DNA of 64,000 bases from Phycisphaerae bacterium. Lineage in GTDB: Bacteria; Planctomycetota; Phycisphaerae; UBA1845. The stretch's first letter is position 1. The number at the start of each line of letters is the position of its first letter. Both the position numbers and the translations under genes were made by a program. The notes under the pieces were generated by a model. It had not been told where the DNA came from, searched no databases, and worked only from the letters and a program-made list of their open reading frames with translations. This document shows positions 19,238-30,399 of the stretch, piece after piece. The stretch is taken from the NCBI GenBank assembly GCA_963666835.2, contig CAXXGO010000006.1:960001-1024000 (forward strand), written 5' to 3'.

Positions 19238-21535
19238 TTAACGGCTGACGGTGGATGATGGGCTTTCGGCTGGCCCGGCGAGTATGGTAACGGCATCGGG
19301 AGCTTGTTCCCTGCGAAGGGAGGATTGTCTTACGATAGCCTCGATCAGTTCTCGACGGTTGACGGGCTTGGTGGTGTAGTCATCGCAGCCGGCGCTTAGG
19401 CATCTTCCGCGATCGGCCTCCATGGCGTGGGCCGTCAGGGCGATGATAGGACGTTCATAGCCCTGCTTCCGCAAGGTCTGGGTCGCTTCATACCCGTCCA
19501 TGATCGGCATCTGCATGTCCATCAGGATTACGTCATACGGTGCGGGATCGTCCGATCTTCGTCTGAAATGGGCGGCCAGCGCCATCCGGACTGCCACCTC
19601 TCCGTTCTCGGCGACGGCGACCACCGCTCCGGCCTTCTGGAGGATGTGCACGATAAGACGCTGATTGTCCGGACCGTCTTCCGCCAGGAGAATCCGGTGT
19701 CCGCTCAGGCTCGGGAGGTCGGAATCGGCGGCAGCGCGGTGGGTGTCCATGCAGACGGCGGCGGCCGAGGCGGGATCCTCTATCATTGGGACCCCTTCCA
19801 GCGGACCTGTGGCCACGGTGGCGCGGAAGCGCGTGCCGATGTTCTCTCGAGACTCGAGGACGCAAATATCTCCGCCGAGCATCTGCGCCAGTCGTTTGCT
19901 GATGGTGAGCCCCAGCCCGGTACCGCCGAATTTGCGAGTCATCGACGCGTCCGCCTGGGTGAAGGGGCGAAACAGCCGGGCGATTTGTGCATCGCTCATC
20001 CCGATGCCGGAGTCTTCCACGTCGAATTCGATGAGTGGCTCGGCTTCGGGTTGCTCCACAAGGCGGGTGACCAATCGGACCCGACCCTTGTCGGTGAACT
20101 TGATTGCGTTGCTTATCAGGTTCGCCAGGATCTGTCGGAGCCGCGTGGGATCGGAGAGAATCCTCGCAGGAAGCGGGCCGTCGAATTCGACCCGAAAACC
20201 CAACTTCTTGTCGACTGCGCGGTTCTTTGTGAGGGCCTGAATCTCCGCGATGATCTCAACCGGCGAGCAGGAGATCCTCTCGATCTCCACGCGGCCGGCC
20301 TCGATTTTCGACGTGTCCAGGACATCGTCAATGATCTGTTGGAGGTGCGCCCCGTTGCGGCATATTGTCTGGACGGCGCGCACTCTCTCTTCTTCGGAAA
20401 GCTCGGAATCGAGTAGGCTATCCGCAAAGCCGAGGATGGCGGTCATAGGGGTCCGGATCTCGTGGCTCATGTTGGCCAGGAATTCGGATTTGAATCGGGT
20501 CGCGGATTCGGCGGCTTCCTTCGCGTCACGTAATTCTCTTTCCATCCGTTTCCGCTCGATAATCTCCTGCTGAAGATGGTCGTTACTCTCCCGCAAGCTG
20601 GCGGTGCGCTCGGCGACGAGATCTTCAAGATGAGTGCGGTACTCCTGAAGCTCTTTCTCTGTTTTCTTGCGGTCGGTTATGTCTCTGAAGAAGCCGACGT
20701 TGCAGTTTCGGCCGCCGATCATGCAGTTGGCTCCGCTGATGTCCACATAGACAATTGAACCATCCCGACGCAGGCAAGGAACGTCGGAGATGAAGGGGAC
20801 GTGGCCGGCAGCGGACCGATCGTAGGCCGAAATCACGTCTTGGAGGCTCTCCGGCGGGTGAATGTTCTCGATGCCGAGTCGGATCAGTTCAGCCTCGGGG
20901 TACCCCAGCAGCCGGCAAACCGCCGGGTTAGCGTAGACCAGTCGTCTCGTCTCCACATCGCAGATCAGAATTCCATCTGCGCTCGTCTCGAACAGGATTC
21001 GATAACGGGCCTCCGAATGCCAGGCCGCTCGCTCGGCCGAGCGGCGTTCGGCGATTTCCCGGCTCAAGGCCTTGTTGGCCGCTTCCAGCTCCGCGGTCCG
21101 TGCCCGAACTCGTTCTTTGAGGTCCCGTTGGTATCTGCGGTTCTCTTGGATTAAGCGGGAACGCTCCAAGGCCTTTTGAACGGTGTGGTGGAGCACCTCC
21201 ATGTCAGTCAGCGGTTTGAGCAAATAATCCCAGGCGCCGCGATGAAGAGCTTCGATTGCATCCGTGAAAGTACCCATCCCGGAGATCACGACCAACGGGG
21301 TATCGGGAGACTCGCGATGAACGGCTTCGAGGACTTCCAGACCGCTGACTTCCGGCATTCGCAGATCAACGAGGATCGCATCGGGCTTCTCTCGGCGAAA
21401 CAGCTCCAGCCCTACCCGGCCGTTCTCCGCCATTAGCACGTCATAACCGTGGTCCTCCAGAAGCGCGGCGAAACTCTCGCAGATGACCGCGTCATCATCG
21501 ATGGTCAGGATCTTCGCGGGTGGGTCAACCGTCAT
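19238..21535 (-). CDS. Hybrid histidine kinase REC-PAS-HisKA-HATPase-REC
   Basis: FLANMSHEIRTPM, NLISNAIKFT, DSGIG, GGTGLGL; N-terminal DLRMP and C-terminal DMQMP receivers; PAS with YANPA...HPPES. Confidence 0.95.
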   Translation of the reverse strand: MTVDPPAKILTIDDDAVICESFAALLEDHGYDVLMAENGRVGLELFRREKPDAILVDLRMPEVSGLEVLEAVHRESPDTPLVVISGMGTFTDAIEALHRGAWDYLLKPLTDMEVLHHTVQKALERSRLIQENRRYQRDLKERVRARTAELEAANKALSREIAERRSAERAAWHSEARYRILFETSADGILICDVETRRLVYANPAVCRLLGYPEAELIRLGIENIHPPESLQDVISAYDRSAAGHVPFISDVPCLRRDGSIVYVDISGANCMIGGRNCNVGFFRDITDRKKTEKELQEYRTHLEDLVAERTASLRESNDHLQQEIIERKRMERELRDAKEAAESATRFKSEFLANMSHEIRTPMTAILGFADSLLDSELSEEERVRAVQTICRNGAHLQQIIDDVLDTSKIEAGRVEIERISCSPVEIIAEIQALTKNRAVDKKLGFRVEFDGPLPARILSDPTRLRQILANLISNAIKFTDKGRVRLVTRLVEQPEAEPLIEFDVEDSGIGMSDAQIARLFRPFTQADASMTRKFGGTGLGLTISKRLAQMLGGDICVLESRENIGTRFRATVATGPLEGVPMIEDPASAAAVCMDTHRAAADSDLPSLSGHRILLAEDGPDNQRLIVHILQKAGAVVAVAENGEVAVRMALAAHFRRRSDDPAPYDVILMDMQMPIMDGYEATQTLRKQGYERPIIALTAHAMEADRGRCLSAGCDDYTTKPVNRRELIEAIVRQSSLRREQAPDAVTILAGPAESPSSTVSR

Positions 21536-21596
21536 TGATCGGCCTCCCAATCGGCGACAACGAGGATCTTGCAGAAGTCAAACGAATTCACGCCGG

Positions 21597-22514
21597 TCAG
21601 TCCTGTTCATTCCGTGCTGCGCCAGGGTTGGCAGCGTTTCCCGGACTCTCAGGATTAGCAGAGTCCGTGGCGGCTGGTTCCTGCGGCTGCGCCGCGACGT
21701 TAAGTTCCTCCAGCAGTGAGATCGTCCCCTCGGCAGTCGACATCCGGTCCGGAAAGAGGGTTCGGAGAGTGTCCAGCAAATCCAGGGCTTTGTTCACGCG
21801 GCTAACGCTGATTCCCTGAACGGTCGGCGAGGACGCTTTGCGGATCAGGGCCCGAATCTCGCGCGTTCCGATGCGGACGATTGCCTCAGCCACGTGGCGG
21901 ACGGGCCTGTTGCCGGCGTACTCGGGCGTATTAGCCAGCCGAATCAACCTTTCACCCAGCAAACTGGTATCGGGAATCAGCTCCCGAAAACTGCCTGCTT
22001 CGATCAGCTCGTTCCGATCCGCGCCGCGTTCCGCCGTCGTGATGATCTTGGCGTCTTGGAGTGTCATCCGCATCTCCCGGAACTCTTCGACCGGCAGTTC
22101 TCTTGGGGGGGGCTCGTTGCGGCCCCGGCGTCTTGCACAGTCACGTATCTCTTCGAGAAGACGGCCCTTGCTGAGCGGCTTGCACAAGAGATGATCGCAG
22201 CCCATTCGGCGGGCTATCATCACATTGTCTTTGCTACAGGCGGCACTTTGGACGATGACATCGATGTCGCTGAGCTCGGCCAGGGACTTTATCGTTCGAA
22301 TCACCGCGAACCCGTTCATTCGCGGCATCATCAGGTCCAGTAAGATGATGTCCGGGTGGTGCGCGCCGGCCAAGCGGATGGCTTCGTCTCCGGATTCGGC
22401 GCGCAGTACGCTCCATACTTCGTCCTCCAGAAACTCCTCGATCAGGTCCAAGCCGTCCGGGATATCGTCGACGGCGAGGACGGCTTGCGAGAAAAGTCCG
22501 GGTCCCTCAGCCAC
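21597..22514 (-). CDS. Response regulator REC + truncated HDOD-like region
   Basis: AVDD, DLMMP, KP; C-terminal LGERLIRLANTPEYAG...VAEAIVRIGTREIRALI resembles the HDOD N-half. Confidence 0.75.
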   Translation of the reverse strand: MAEGPGLFSQAVLAVDDIPDGLDLIEEFLEDEVWSVLRAESGDEAIRLAGAHHPDIILLDLMMPRMNGFAVIRTIKSLAELSDIDVIVQSAACSKDNVMIARRMGCDHLLCKPLSKGRLLEEIRDCARRRGRNEPPPRELPVEEFREMRMTLQDAKIITTAERGADRNELIEAGSFRELIPDTSLLGERLIRLANTPEYAGNRPVRHVAEAIVRIGTREIRALIRKASSPTVQGISVSRVNKALDLLDTLRTLFPDRMSTAEGTISLLEELNVAAQPQEPAATDSANPESPGNAANPGAARNEQD

Positions 22515-22905
22515 CGTCCGCTCCTGCCGTCACCGGCATTCCCAGGCAGTCTCGTACCGCGGCCAGGAAGACTCCAACGTCCAGTGGCTTGCAGAGCATG
22601 TACGCAAGCCCGGCTCCAACCACCCGGCGGCCGTGTTCCTTGGTGGGAAACGCCGTTTGGATAATGACCGGGATACTCTCCATATCCGGGTTTGCCCGGA
22701 TTATATCCAGAAGAGCGAACCCATTCATATCCGGCATCATAAGATCCAGGATAATGAGATCCGGGACGGTATCCTTCAGGATATTGAGGGCCTCCGGTCC
22801 CGACGTGGCACAAACGACGGGCAGGTCAATCAAGTCCAGGGACTCCCGGATCAGGTCCAACGAGTCGAGATCATCGTCTACCGCCAAGATGGTTTTTTTT
22901 CTCAT
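22507..22905 (-). CDS. Single-domain response regulator
   Basis: ILAVDDD, LDLMMPDMNG, QTA, KP. Confidence 0.9.
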   Translation of the reverse strand: MRKKTILAVDDDLDSLDLIRESLDLIDLPVVCATSGPEALNILKDTVPDLIILDLMMPDMNGFALLDIIRANPDMESIPVIIQTAFPTKEHGRRVVGAGLAYMLCKPLDVGVFLAAVRDCLGMPVTAGADGG

Positions 22906-22956
22906 GTTTATGGTTCACATCGGCCCCGTTGAGCCGTATCGTTCGGCAACCTTAAA

Positions 22957-23409
22957 CTAGGTGCCTACCGAGTGCCGCCGGAGGGCATTTCGCACCCGGG
23001 CACATAGTTCCGCTTTGTCAAACGGTTTACATATATAGTCGTCCGCTCCCAACTCCAATCCGGCAACCACGTCGCCGCTGCTGAGCCGTTCGGCAGTCAG
23101 GAAGATCACCGGGATTTCGGCCGCAAAAGGGTGCTGCTTCATCGCGCGGCACAGTTCGTGCCCGTCGACATCCGGCATTTGAATATCAAGCAGTACCAGA
23201 TCGGGCGGGTCCTGCTTCACGATGTCCCAGGCGGTTCTTGCGTTCTGTGCCGTGACTACCGTCCACGGCTCTTCTTCGAAGATATCCACGATCAGCTCGA
23301 GGTTGTCCGATATGTCATCGACAACCAAGACCGTCGGTTGCCGGGCCTTATCGAGGGCCGACAGGGCGTCCTCCAATTCGCCGTCGTTCATGAAACCGGT
23401 CATGGCCAT
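22957..23409 (-). CDS. Single-domain response regulator
   Basis: VLVVDD, LDIQMPDVDG, FLTAE, GADDYICKPF; start uncertain (23409, 23403 or downstream). Confidence 0.88.
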   Translation of the reverse strand: MAMTGFMNDGELEDALSALDKARQPTVLVVDDISDNLELIVDIFEEEPWTVVTAQNARTAWDIVKQDPPDLVLLDIQMPDVDGHELCRAMKQHPFAAEIPVIFLTAERLSSGDVVAGLELGADDYICKPFDKAELCARVRNALRRHSVGT

Positions 23410-23524
23410 ATCTCTGGATCCGCACTTCGGCCTTGGGTAATATGCACCTCGCAAAGCTCCCGGGTGCCGCCGCGAGTACGGCGACTTGTGGCGGCGCCAC
23501 ATCCGAATCGCCGATCCGCCGGGT

Positions 23525-23971
23525 TCATGCTCGGGCGGGATGTCGTTGGTGCGCCCGGATCGCCGCCCGGATCCGATCCAGCAGCAGGGCCTTGTTGATG
23601 GGTTTGCACAGATAGTCGCACGCCCCCATCTTGAGCCCTTCCTCGATTTCTTCCGGGGCCGTATGCTCGGCCGTCAGGAAGATGATCGGGATGTCGTCCA
23701 TTTCCGATTGCGAGCGGACGGCGGAACAGATGTGCCGTCCATCAACGCCGGGCATACGAATGTCGAGCAGAATCAGATCCGGATGCCAACGTTTGATTAT
23801 CGCCCAAGCGTCGATGCCACTATCAACGGTCTTGACATTCCAGGGTTCTCCCTGAAAAAGCTCTACAATGAGATCGAGGTTATCCTGGTTATCGTCCACG
23901 ACCAGCACCTTGGGCCACCGGCTATGCGCGGCCGCAGCATGGGTCTCATCGTGCGTGAGATGGTCTGTCAT
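23525..23971 (-). CDS. Single-domain response regulator
   Basis: VLVVDD, LDIRMPGVDG, FLTAE, GACDYLCKP; GGAGA RBS. Confidence 0.9.
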   Translation of the reverse strand: MTDHLTHDETHAAAAHSRWPKVLVVDDNQDNLDLIVELFQGEPWNVKTVDSGIDAWAIIKRWHPDLILLDIRMPGVDGRHICSAVRSQSEMDDIPIIFLTAEHTAPEEIEEGLKMGACDYLCKPINKALLLDRIRAAIRAHQRHPARA

Positions 23972-24030
23972 TATGCAATCTCCCAAGTGAATGCGGCCGT
24001 CAGTGCCGGCCTGGTGTACGGCGGTCAGGT

Positions 24031-24414
24031 CTATCCGGCACTATTTGCGTTCTGCCGGTCGAGGAATCGATCAATCATGCTCCGGAGTTCCTTAATATTG
24101 ACTGGTTTGGCCAAGTACTCGTCGCAACCCGCTTCGAGGCATTTCTGACGGTCGCCGGCCATGGCGTGCGCGGTCAAGGCCACAACGGGAATATCCGCCG
24201 ACTCCGGGTTCGCCCGCAGCATCCGAGTGACTTCCCAACCATCCAAACCGGGCAATGCCATATCCAGTAGGATAATATCGGGCTTTGCCGCTTTGACCTG
24301 GTCCAGGCCCTGCTGCCCGGTGACGGCATGCACTATGTTGTGCGCGTCCTCCAGGGCGTCCTCGATCAGATCGTAGTTGTCCTGAGTATCTTCAATAACA
24401 AGAACGGTACTCAT
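24031..24414 (-). CDS. DivK-like single-domain response regulator
   Basis: VLVIED, LDMALPGLDGWE, ALTAHAMAGDRQKCLEAGCDEYLAKP. Confidence 0.9.
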   Translation of the reverse strand: MSTVLVIEDTQDNYDLIEDALEDAHNIVHAVTGQQGLDQVKAAKPDIILLDMALPGLDGWEVTRMLRANPESADIPVVALTAHAMAGDRQKCLEAGCDEYLAKPVNIKELRSMIDRFLDRQNANSAG

Positions 24415-26449
24415 ACATGGACTCCAGGGTTTCGGTATTGCACTCCGCCACGAGGGACTCGGCAATGTCCAGAAGCAACGCGGGCGTCGCAATGCCGTGT
24501 TCGCGGATGGAAGCGTCCTCGGCACGGAACAGTCGACTGACACCCGCCGGTTCGACCGGTGGGGGGATCACGCCGACGATTCGCACGGAGGCCCACTCGG
24601 CAATTGCCCCGATCCGTCCGAGAAGGTCGACCAGGTCGGCCTTTGTATCGCAGAGGTCCACAACCAGGGCGGCTATGTCCCCGGAGGATAGCTCCCTGAT
24701 TACCGCATCCGGATTGTCAACTGCCCGAATGTCAAAACGCCCAATTCTCGTCAGTGCGGCTACGAGCTTCGCGCGGGTTTCGTCAGCAGGCATGAACACT
24801 ACCGCGGCGCCGGCAGTGCAGCCCACGGCCTCCAGCGTCTTTTCGTCATCCGGGTCAGCGATGAAGGCATCTAACGGAAACACGCAACCCAACTGGTGGT
24901 CCTCTGTCCAGGCCGTCAACCATACGTGAACGGGGTGGGATACTCCGGTAGTGAACCGACGTAACACCGCGACGGCGGCGGGCAGCCGGACGTCAATCAG
25001 AACGCCGTCCGGCGATTCGTCCGTTACGGCCTCTTGTACCGAGTCGAGATCTTCCGCGGCACGGACGTGAACGCCGTAGTTGGCTAAGTTGGCCTGTGTT
25101 AAGTCGATTGTTCCGGGATCCGCGCTGCACAACAGAAGGGTGCGGGTTACTGCGCACTCCGGCACGGTCGACGGTGAAGCGAGGTTCGCGCCGGTTTGCT
25201 CCACGCGCCACGGCAGTACGACTTCGAAGGTCGACCCGACTCCGAGCTCACTGCGTACTTCGATCGCCCCTCCCATAAGCCTGCAAAGGCTGTGGCATAT
25301 AGTGAGGCCCAAACCTGTTCCGCTTGCGCGCCTCGTTCCGGAGGAATCCACTTGGCGAAACGGATCGAACACATAGGGGAGGTGCTCCGGGGCGATTCCG
25401 ATCCCGTCGTCCGATACGGTAATCCGAAGCCCCTCCGAACTCTCAATGACGGTCACGGTAATCCTGCCGGTATCGGTGAACTTGACGGCATTACTCAGCA
25501 GGTTGGTGATAATCTGGCGCAGGCGGACTTCGTCACCTTCCCAATTACGCATGACGGTTGGCCGCTTTGCACTAAGGGTCACCGGCTTGGCCAGCAGTAG
25601 CGGGTGAATCAGCTCGACGCAATCATCGACGACTTCGGGGACGTTCACCGGAGCCACATCCAAGTCGAAACGCATTGCCTCGATCTTGGAGAGATCCAGG
25701 ATGTCGTTGATCAGGGCCAGCAATCGGCGGGCGTTTCGGCCTACCTTCTCCAACCGGGCCGCCTGCCGCGCGCTGGGAGGCTCCTTTCGGTCCGTTGCCA
25801 TCAAATCCGTAAACCCGGTGATCGAGTTCATGGGTGTACGCAATTCATGGGACATTTTGGCCAGGAATTCGTTCTTGACCCGGCTGGCGTGGGTAAGCTC
25901 CCGAGCTTTTTGGGACAATTCGGCACGCTGCTTGTGCATGATCATGCAGGTCGTCATCAACCGGCTGTTGAGAGCCTCCAAACGCTCATTCTGGGCCAGA
26001 AGCGCGTCTTGGAACGCAAGGATCCTCTTTTCCATGCGACGAAGTCGGAGCATCACGCGAACCCGAGCCAGGAGTTCTCCCCGGTCGACCGGCTTGGTGA
26101 TATAGTCGAAACCTCCGGCATCCAGACCTTCAATCACATTTCGAACCGCAGTCCGTTCAGCCGTTACGAAGATCACCGGCACGTCCCGGGTCGCCGGCTC
26201 TTGACGAAGTCGCCGACATAGCTCGAACCCGTCGATCTTGGGCATCCGCACATCCAAAATGAACAGATCAAACTGGACTTCGGCGGTCAACCTCAGCGCT
26301 TCAGCGGCGTCGCCGGCCGTAGACAGCCGGTATGGTTCGGCATCGAGCACGTCAACCATCAAATCCAGATTGTCCTGGACGTCGTCGACCACGAGCACGT
26401 GATACTCGCCCGACAGCTCCCGGGGGTCCGTCTTGGCCGGATTGGTCAT
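24392..26449 (-). CDS. Hybrid histidine kinase REC-HisKA-HATPase + degenerate receiver-like domains
   Basis: [36 protein letters not shown]-terminal [11 protein letters not shown] and ALVVDL segments lack the acidic pocket and Lys. Confidence 0.92.
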   Translation of the reverse strand: MTNPAKTDPRELSGEYHVLVVDDVQDNLDLMVDVLDAEPYRLSTAGDAAEALRLTAEVQFDLFILDVRMPKIDGFELCRRLRQEPATRDVPVIFVTAERTAVRNVIEGLDAGGFDYITKPVDRGELLARVRVMLRLRRMEKRILAFQDALLAQNERLEALNSRLMTTCMIMHKQRAELSQKARELTHASRVKNEFLAKMSHELRTPMNSITGFTDLMATDRKEPPSARQAARLEKVGRNARRLLALINDILDLSKIEAMRFDLDVAPVNVPEVVDDCVELIHPLLLAKPVTLSAKRPTVMRNWEGDEVRLRQIITNLLSNAVKFTDTGRITVTVIESSEGLRITVSDDGIGIAPEHLPYVFDPFRQVDSSGTRRASGTGLGLTICHSLCRLMGGAIEVRSELGVGSTFEVVLPWRVEQTGANLASPSTVPECAVTRTLLLCSADPGTIDLTQANLANYGVHVRAAEDLDSVQEAVTDESPDGVLIDVRLPAAVAVLRRFTTGVSHPVHVWLTAWTEDHQLGCVFPLDAFIADPDDEKTLEAVGCTAGAAVVFMPADETRAKLVAALTRIGRFDIRAVDNPDAVIRELSSGDIAALVVDLCDTKADLVDLLGRIGAIAEWASVRIVGVIPPPVEPAGVSRLFRAEDASIREHGIATPALLLDIAESLVAECNTETLESMYEYRSCY

Positions 26450-28731
26450 GATACGGACACCTCCCGCGCGTCGTGGACCGCGCCGACCTCCACCGCGTTC
26501 TTAGCCCCGGCCTGCGGCGTTTCCGGTGTCGGCGGCGCGGACGTTCCGCCCAGCGGGAGTCGTACGGTAAAACACGAACCGACGCCAGGCGTGCTCTCGA
26601 CCGTGACGTCGCCCCCCATGGCCAGGCACAGCTTGCGCGTGATGCTCAATCCCAATCCGGTGCCACCTGCCCGTCTCGTACTGGAGGAATCCACCTGATG
26701 GAACTGCTCGAAGATGGTCTCGATATGGTCGGCCGGAATACCGATTCCGGTATCTTCCACGTCGATAAACAGCTCTTCCTCTGTTGCCCGAGCGCGGACG
26801 TCGATACGACCTTCCTCGGTGAATTTGGCAGCGTTGCCCACCAGGTTGATCAGTATCTGACGAATCCGCGCGGCGTCCCCCTGCAAACGGAGCCCCGCCA
26901 TGATCTTGGCGTCCGCCTGTTGCGCGATCTCGATCGGCCGATCTCTGACCAACGGACGCGCCAGTTCCACGCATTCGGTGATCAACTCGACGATATCGAC
27001 GTCGTCCTGGCTCAACGTAATCCGCCCGGCTTCGATCTTGGAGAGCTCGAGGATGTCGTTTATCAGCGCCAGCAGATTGCGCGAGTTGCGGAAGACTTTC
27101 TCCAAACGCATCGCGCGTTTGTCGTTGGGCGGGTCTTTCTGATCGTCGATCATCATCTCGGTAAAGCCGATGATCGAATTCAACGGGGTTCTCAGCTCGT
27201 GGGACATCTTGGCCAGGAACTCGCTTTTAGCCCGGTTCGCCGCCTCCGCCCGCAATGTTGTTTCTTCGAGCAGTCGCGTGATCTGCTTCTCACGATCCAG
27301 CAGGTCCGCCAGGAGAGTGTTCTTGGACTGCAGCTCGGCTTCGGCCTTGCGACGGAGGTACTGCGCCTCGGCGTGTTTGAGGGAACGGGCCAGAACATCG
27401 GGGCTCATAAGGTCCTTGACCAGATAGTCATCCGCTCCGGCCCGCATGATCTCGACGGCGAGGTTCTCGTCGCCCTGACCGGTCAGCATGATGATCGGTC
27501 CGAGATACCCCGATGACCGCATTTCCTTGAGGGCTTCCAATCCGTTGCCGGCTCCCAGCAGATAGTCGAGAAACACTACGTCGATTTGGTATTGAGTTAA
27601 CTCAGTCAGGCCGGCCGCTTTGCTAGTGCGTTGGATGTATTCGACTTCGAAATCGACGATGTCCTCGAGCATTCGGCGGAGGATTTCTCCGTCACCGATG
27701 TCGTCGTCGACGACCAGCACGGTGCGTGGTCCGGTGCGAGCGCTCTGGGGCGGCCAGCTTCCCAAGGATGCATCCGAATGCATCGATTCGGGCCCCTCGT
27801 TCCTTGCTTCTGCCAGCGCCGCTTGTGCCAGATCGACCACATCTTCCCAATGCTTCGCCGGGGCGGATCCGATGCCGAAGCTGACCGTAACGAATGGTTG
27901 CCCGGCATTGCCGGAGTGTACGATGTTGAGGTTTCTGACCTTCTTGCGAATCCGCGCGGCCAGCACCTGAGCGTTGTCGGAATCGGTTTCTGCGGCGAGG
28001 ACCGCGAATTCCTCGCGTCCGAACCGGCCGATGAGATCGCGCGTTCGACAGGAATCCGTTATGCACTCGGCAACCTGTCGCAGACATTCATCTCCGGCCT
28101 TGCGCCCTTGCGCGAAGACCAATCCCATGAAGTTGTCGATGCCGACGATTATGACGCTGTAGGCGAGCCCATCCTGCGCTGAGCGCTCGTGCTCCAGGCT
28201 CGCCGATTCCGCCCAGGTCGCCTGGGTCAGCAGACCGGTCAACGTGTCTACGCGGCCGAGCGGCGAGACCCCTTCGCGGTCTCTGGCGATATGCCATGCG
28301 GGCTTCTCGGGAGGCTGAGTGTGATCGGCTCCGGGCCGGCGTCGTTCATAGCGGAGCAACGCATGTTCGATTGCGCGGGCAAGAACCCCTGGGGTGAGAT
28401 CATTTTTGAGTAGAAAATCATCTGCTCCGGCGCGGATGATTTCCTTGGCGATCTGCGTATCGCTATGGGCGGAGAACGCGATAATCGGTCGAAGATCTCC
28501 CGAATCTCGAAGGGCGGCTACCACATCGAGACCGTCCTCTGCACCGAGCCGGCAATCCACGAGTATGACATTGAATTCCCTTGAGGCCGACTCGCGTAGA
28601 CCGGATTCCATAGTGGGGCAGTGAACGAAGTCGAGATCGACGTCCGGGATTTCCTCCAGTTGGCGGCGCAACAGTTCCGCATGATCGGTATCGTCCTCGA
28701 ACACGAGAACCGCTAGACGCGTCACAGACAT
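26446..28731 (-). CDS. Hybrid histidine kinase REC-GGDEF(degenerate)-REC-HisKA-HATPase
   Basis: [33 protein letters not shown] (GGDEF fold); [30 protein letters not shown]. Confidence 0.93.
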   Translation of the reverse strand: MSVTRLAVLVFEDDTDHAELLRRQLEEIPDVDLDFVHCPTMESGLRESASREFNVILVDCRLGAEDGLDVVAALRDSGDLRPIIAFSAHSDTQIAKEIIRAGADDFLLKNDLTPGVLARAIEHALLRYERRRPGADHTQPPEKPAWHIARDREGVSPLGRVDTLTGLLTQATWAESASLEHERSAQDGLAYSVIIVGIDNFMGLVFAQGRKAGDECLRQVAECITDSCRTRDLIGRFGREEFAVLAAETDSDNAQVLAARIRKKVRNLNIVHSGNAGQPFVTVSFGIGSAPAKHWEDVVDLAQAALAEARNEGPESMHSDASLGSWPPQSARTGPRTVLVVDDDIGDGEILRRMLEDIVDFEVEYIQRTSKAAGLTELTQYQIDVVFLDYLLGAGNGLEALKEMRSSGYLGPIIMLTGQGDENLAVEIMRAGADDYLVKDLMSPDVLARSLKHAEAQYLRRKAEAELQSKNTLLADLLDREKQITRLLEETTLRAEAANRAKSEFLAKMSHELRTPLNSIIGFTEMMIDDQKDPPNDKRAMRLEKVFRNSRNLLALINDILELSKIEAGRITLSQDDVDIVELITECVELARPLVRDRPIEIAQQADAKIMAGLRLQGDAARIRQILINLVGNAAKFTEEGRIDVRARATEEELFIDVEDTGIGIPADHIETIFEQFHQVDSSSTRRAGGTGLGLSITRKLCLAMGGDVTVESTPGVGSCFTVRLPLGGTSAPPTPETPQAGAKNAVEVGAVHDAREVSVS

Positions 28732-28752
28732 ATTTGCAGGCCCTCCGCCTCC

Positions 28753-29202
28753 CTAGTTCGGCAGGGTTACCAGTTCGAACCAATACACTCTCAACTTCTG
28801 GACGACATCTACGAAATCGTGCAGCTCCATAGGCTTCGTAATAAAGGAGTTGCATCCCAGTTCGTAGCAGCGGATCACGTCTTCGTGGTGTTTCGATGTC
28901 GTCAATACGACCACCGGAATCCGGCACAGATGCGGAGTGGAACGCACGTGCTCCAATACTCGCCGCCCATTGAGCTTGGGCATGTTCAGGTCAAGTAGAA
29001 CGAGGTCCGGGAGCGGAGCCGATGCGGGATCGGCAAACGGCCCGCGCTGGAGCAGGTAATCCAGCGCCTCCTCGCCGTCGGACGCGATGCGCAGGTCCAC
29101 GGAGATATCGTGCTCCTCTAAGGCCCGCCTGATCAACTCCTGATCGCCGGGGTCGTCTTCTGCTAGTAGCACGACACCGGGTCGGCCGCTTCTGGTACGC
29201 AT
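28753..29202 (-). CDS. Rcp1-like response regulator
   Basis: LLAEDDPGD, LLDLNMPKLNG, VVLTTS, YELGCNSFITKP, YWF; GAGG RBS. Confidence 0.92.
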   Translation of the reverse strand: MRTRSGRPGVVLLAEDDPGDQELIRRALEEHDISVDLRIASDGEEALDYLLQRGPFADPASAPLPDLVLLDLNMPKLNGRRVLEHVRSTPHLCRIPVVVLTTSKHHEDVIRCYELGCNSFITKPMELHDFVDVVQKLRVYWFELVTLPN

Positions 29203-30344
29203 GCTTCGTTCCTCGGATTTCCACCTAAGGTGAATCTGAAATGAGCCCCATGCCCGTATTCCGATTCGACCCAGATTCGCCCTCCGTGATGCTCGACGAT
29301 CTTGCGGCAGATCGCCAACCCCATACCCGTACCGCCGGACTCGTCCCGTCCGTGCAATTGCTTGAAAGGTACGAATGCCTGGTCGGCATACTCCTTGCGG
29401 ATCCCAATGCCGTTGTCGCGTACGCCGAAGACCCACTGCTGATTCTCGCGCACGGCCGTCAGCCGAATACGCAGAGTCCGGTCCGCATCGCGGTATTTAA
29501 TCGCATTGTCGATGAGGCTCAGATACAACTGGAACACCTGAACGGCGTCTGCCTCGATTTGCGGAAGCTCATCACGGGAGAGATCCACGGTGGTTTCGTT
29601 CATACGCTCGACCAACGCGGCAATCGCCCGGTCGGCGCAGTCTGACAGGGCCACGGGACGCCGATCCACCTCGAGGCGACCAATCCGGGAAAGTTCCAGA
29701 AGGTCCTGCATTAGCCGGCTCACACGGCGGGCTGCGGCAGAAATGAAATGGAGGTCTCGGCTCACTTTCTCGGAAAGGTCTTCCCCGAGATCCACCTGCA
29801 ATAGTCCGCTGAAAGCGACCAACTGGCGCACCGGTTCCTGTAAATCGTGGCTCGCCAGATAGGTAAGTTCGTTGAGTTCCTCGGTACGGCGCTCCAAAGA
29901 AGCAGCGCGTTCCCGGATCTGCTCCTCCAGGTGCTCCCGATATGCCAGGTTCTCTCGAATCAGGCGTGCTCGATCCAAGGTCTTCTCGATGGCATGCAGC
30001 AAAACGCCCGATTCCTCCACCGGTTTGAGGATGAAGTCCCAAGCTCCGCGATGCAGTGCTTCGACCACGTCAGCCAGAATCCCCGTGCCGGAGACTACGA
30101 TAACCGGCGTATTCGCAGACTCCCGCGTTACGGCGTCCAGCACGTCCAACCCGGAGAACTCGGGCATCTGTAGGTCTATCAGAATCAGGTCCGGCCGAGC
30201 TCGCCGAAACATATCGAGTCCGATCCGGCCATTCTCCGCCTCCGACACGGTGAACCCGTGATCTTCCAGGAAGGCCCGGAATAACATCCGAATGGATGGT
30301 TCATCATCGATGATCAGGATTGTCTCGGTCCGTTCGGTTGCCAT
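29163..30344 (-). CDS. REC + Cph1-type (COG4251-like) histidine kinase
   Basis: YLASHDLQEPVR, NAIKY, VRDNGIGI, GTGMGLAICRKIVEHHGGRIWVES. Confidence 0.93.
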   Translation of the reverse strand: MATERTETILIIDDEPSIRMLFRAFLEDHGFTVSEAENGRIGLDMFRRARPDLILIDLQMPEFSGLDVLDAVTRESANTPVIVVSGTGILADVVEALHRGAWDFILKPVEESGVLLHAIEKTLDRARLIRENLAYREHLEEQIRERAASLERRTEELNELTYLASHDLQEPVRQLVAFSGLLQVDLGEDLSEKVSRDLHFISAAARRVSRLMQDLLELSRIGRLEVDRRPVALSDCADRAIAALVERMNETTVDLSRDELPQIEADAVQVFQLYLSLIDNAIKYRDADRTLRIRLTAVRENQQWVFGVRDNGIGIRKEYADQAFVPFKQLHGRDESGGTGMGLAICRKIVEHHGGRIWVESEYGHGAHFRFTLGGNPRNEACVPEAADPVSCY

Positions 30345-30399
30345 CGTCTCAAGGCCCCGTATGCCCTCACCTCTTCCGGAGAGCCATATTCCGCGCGCG

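Noticed and set aside
24392..29202. Two kinases both ending in '...SCY'
   Set aside because: Coincidence from out-of-frame overlap with the VLV/VLL codons of the downstream receiver genes
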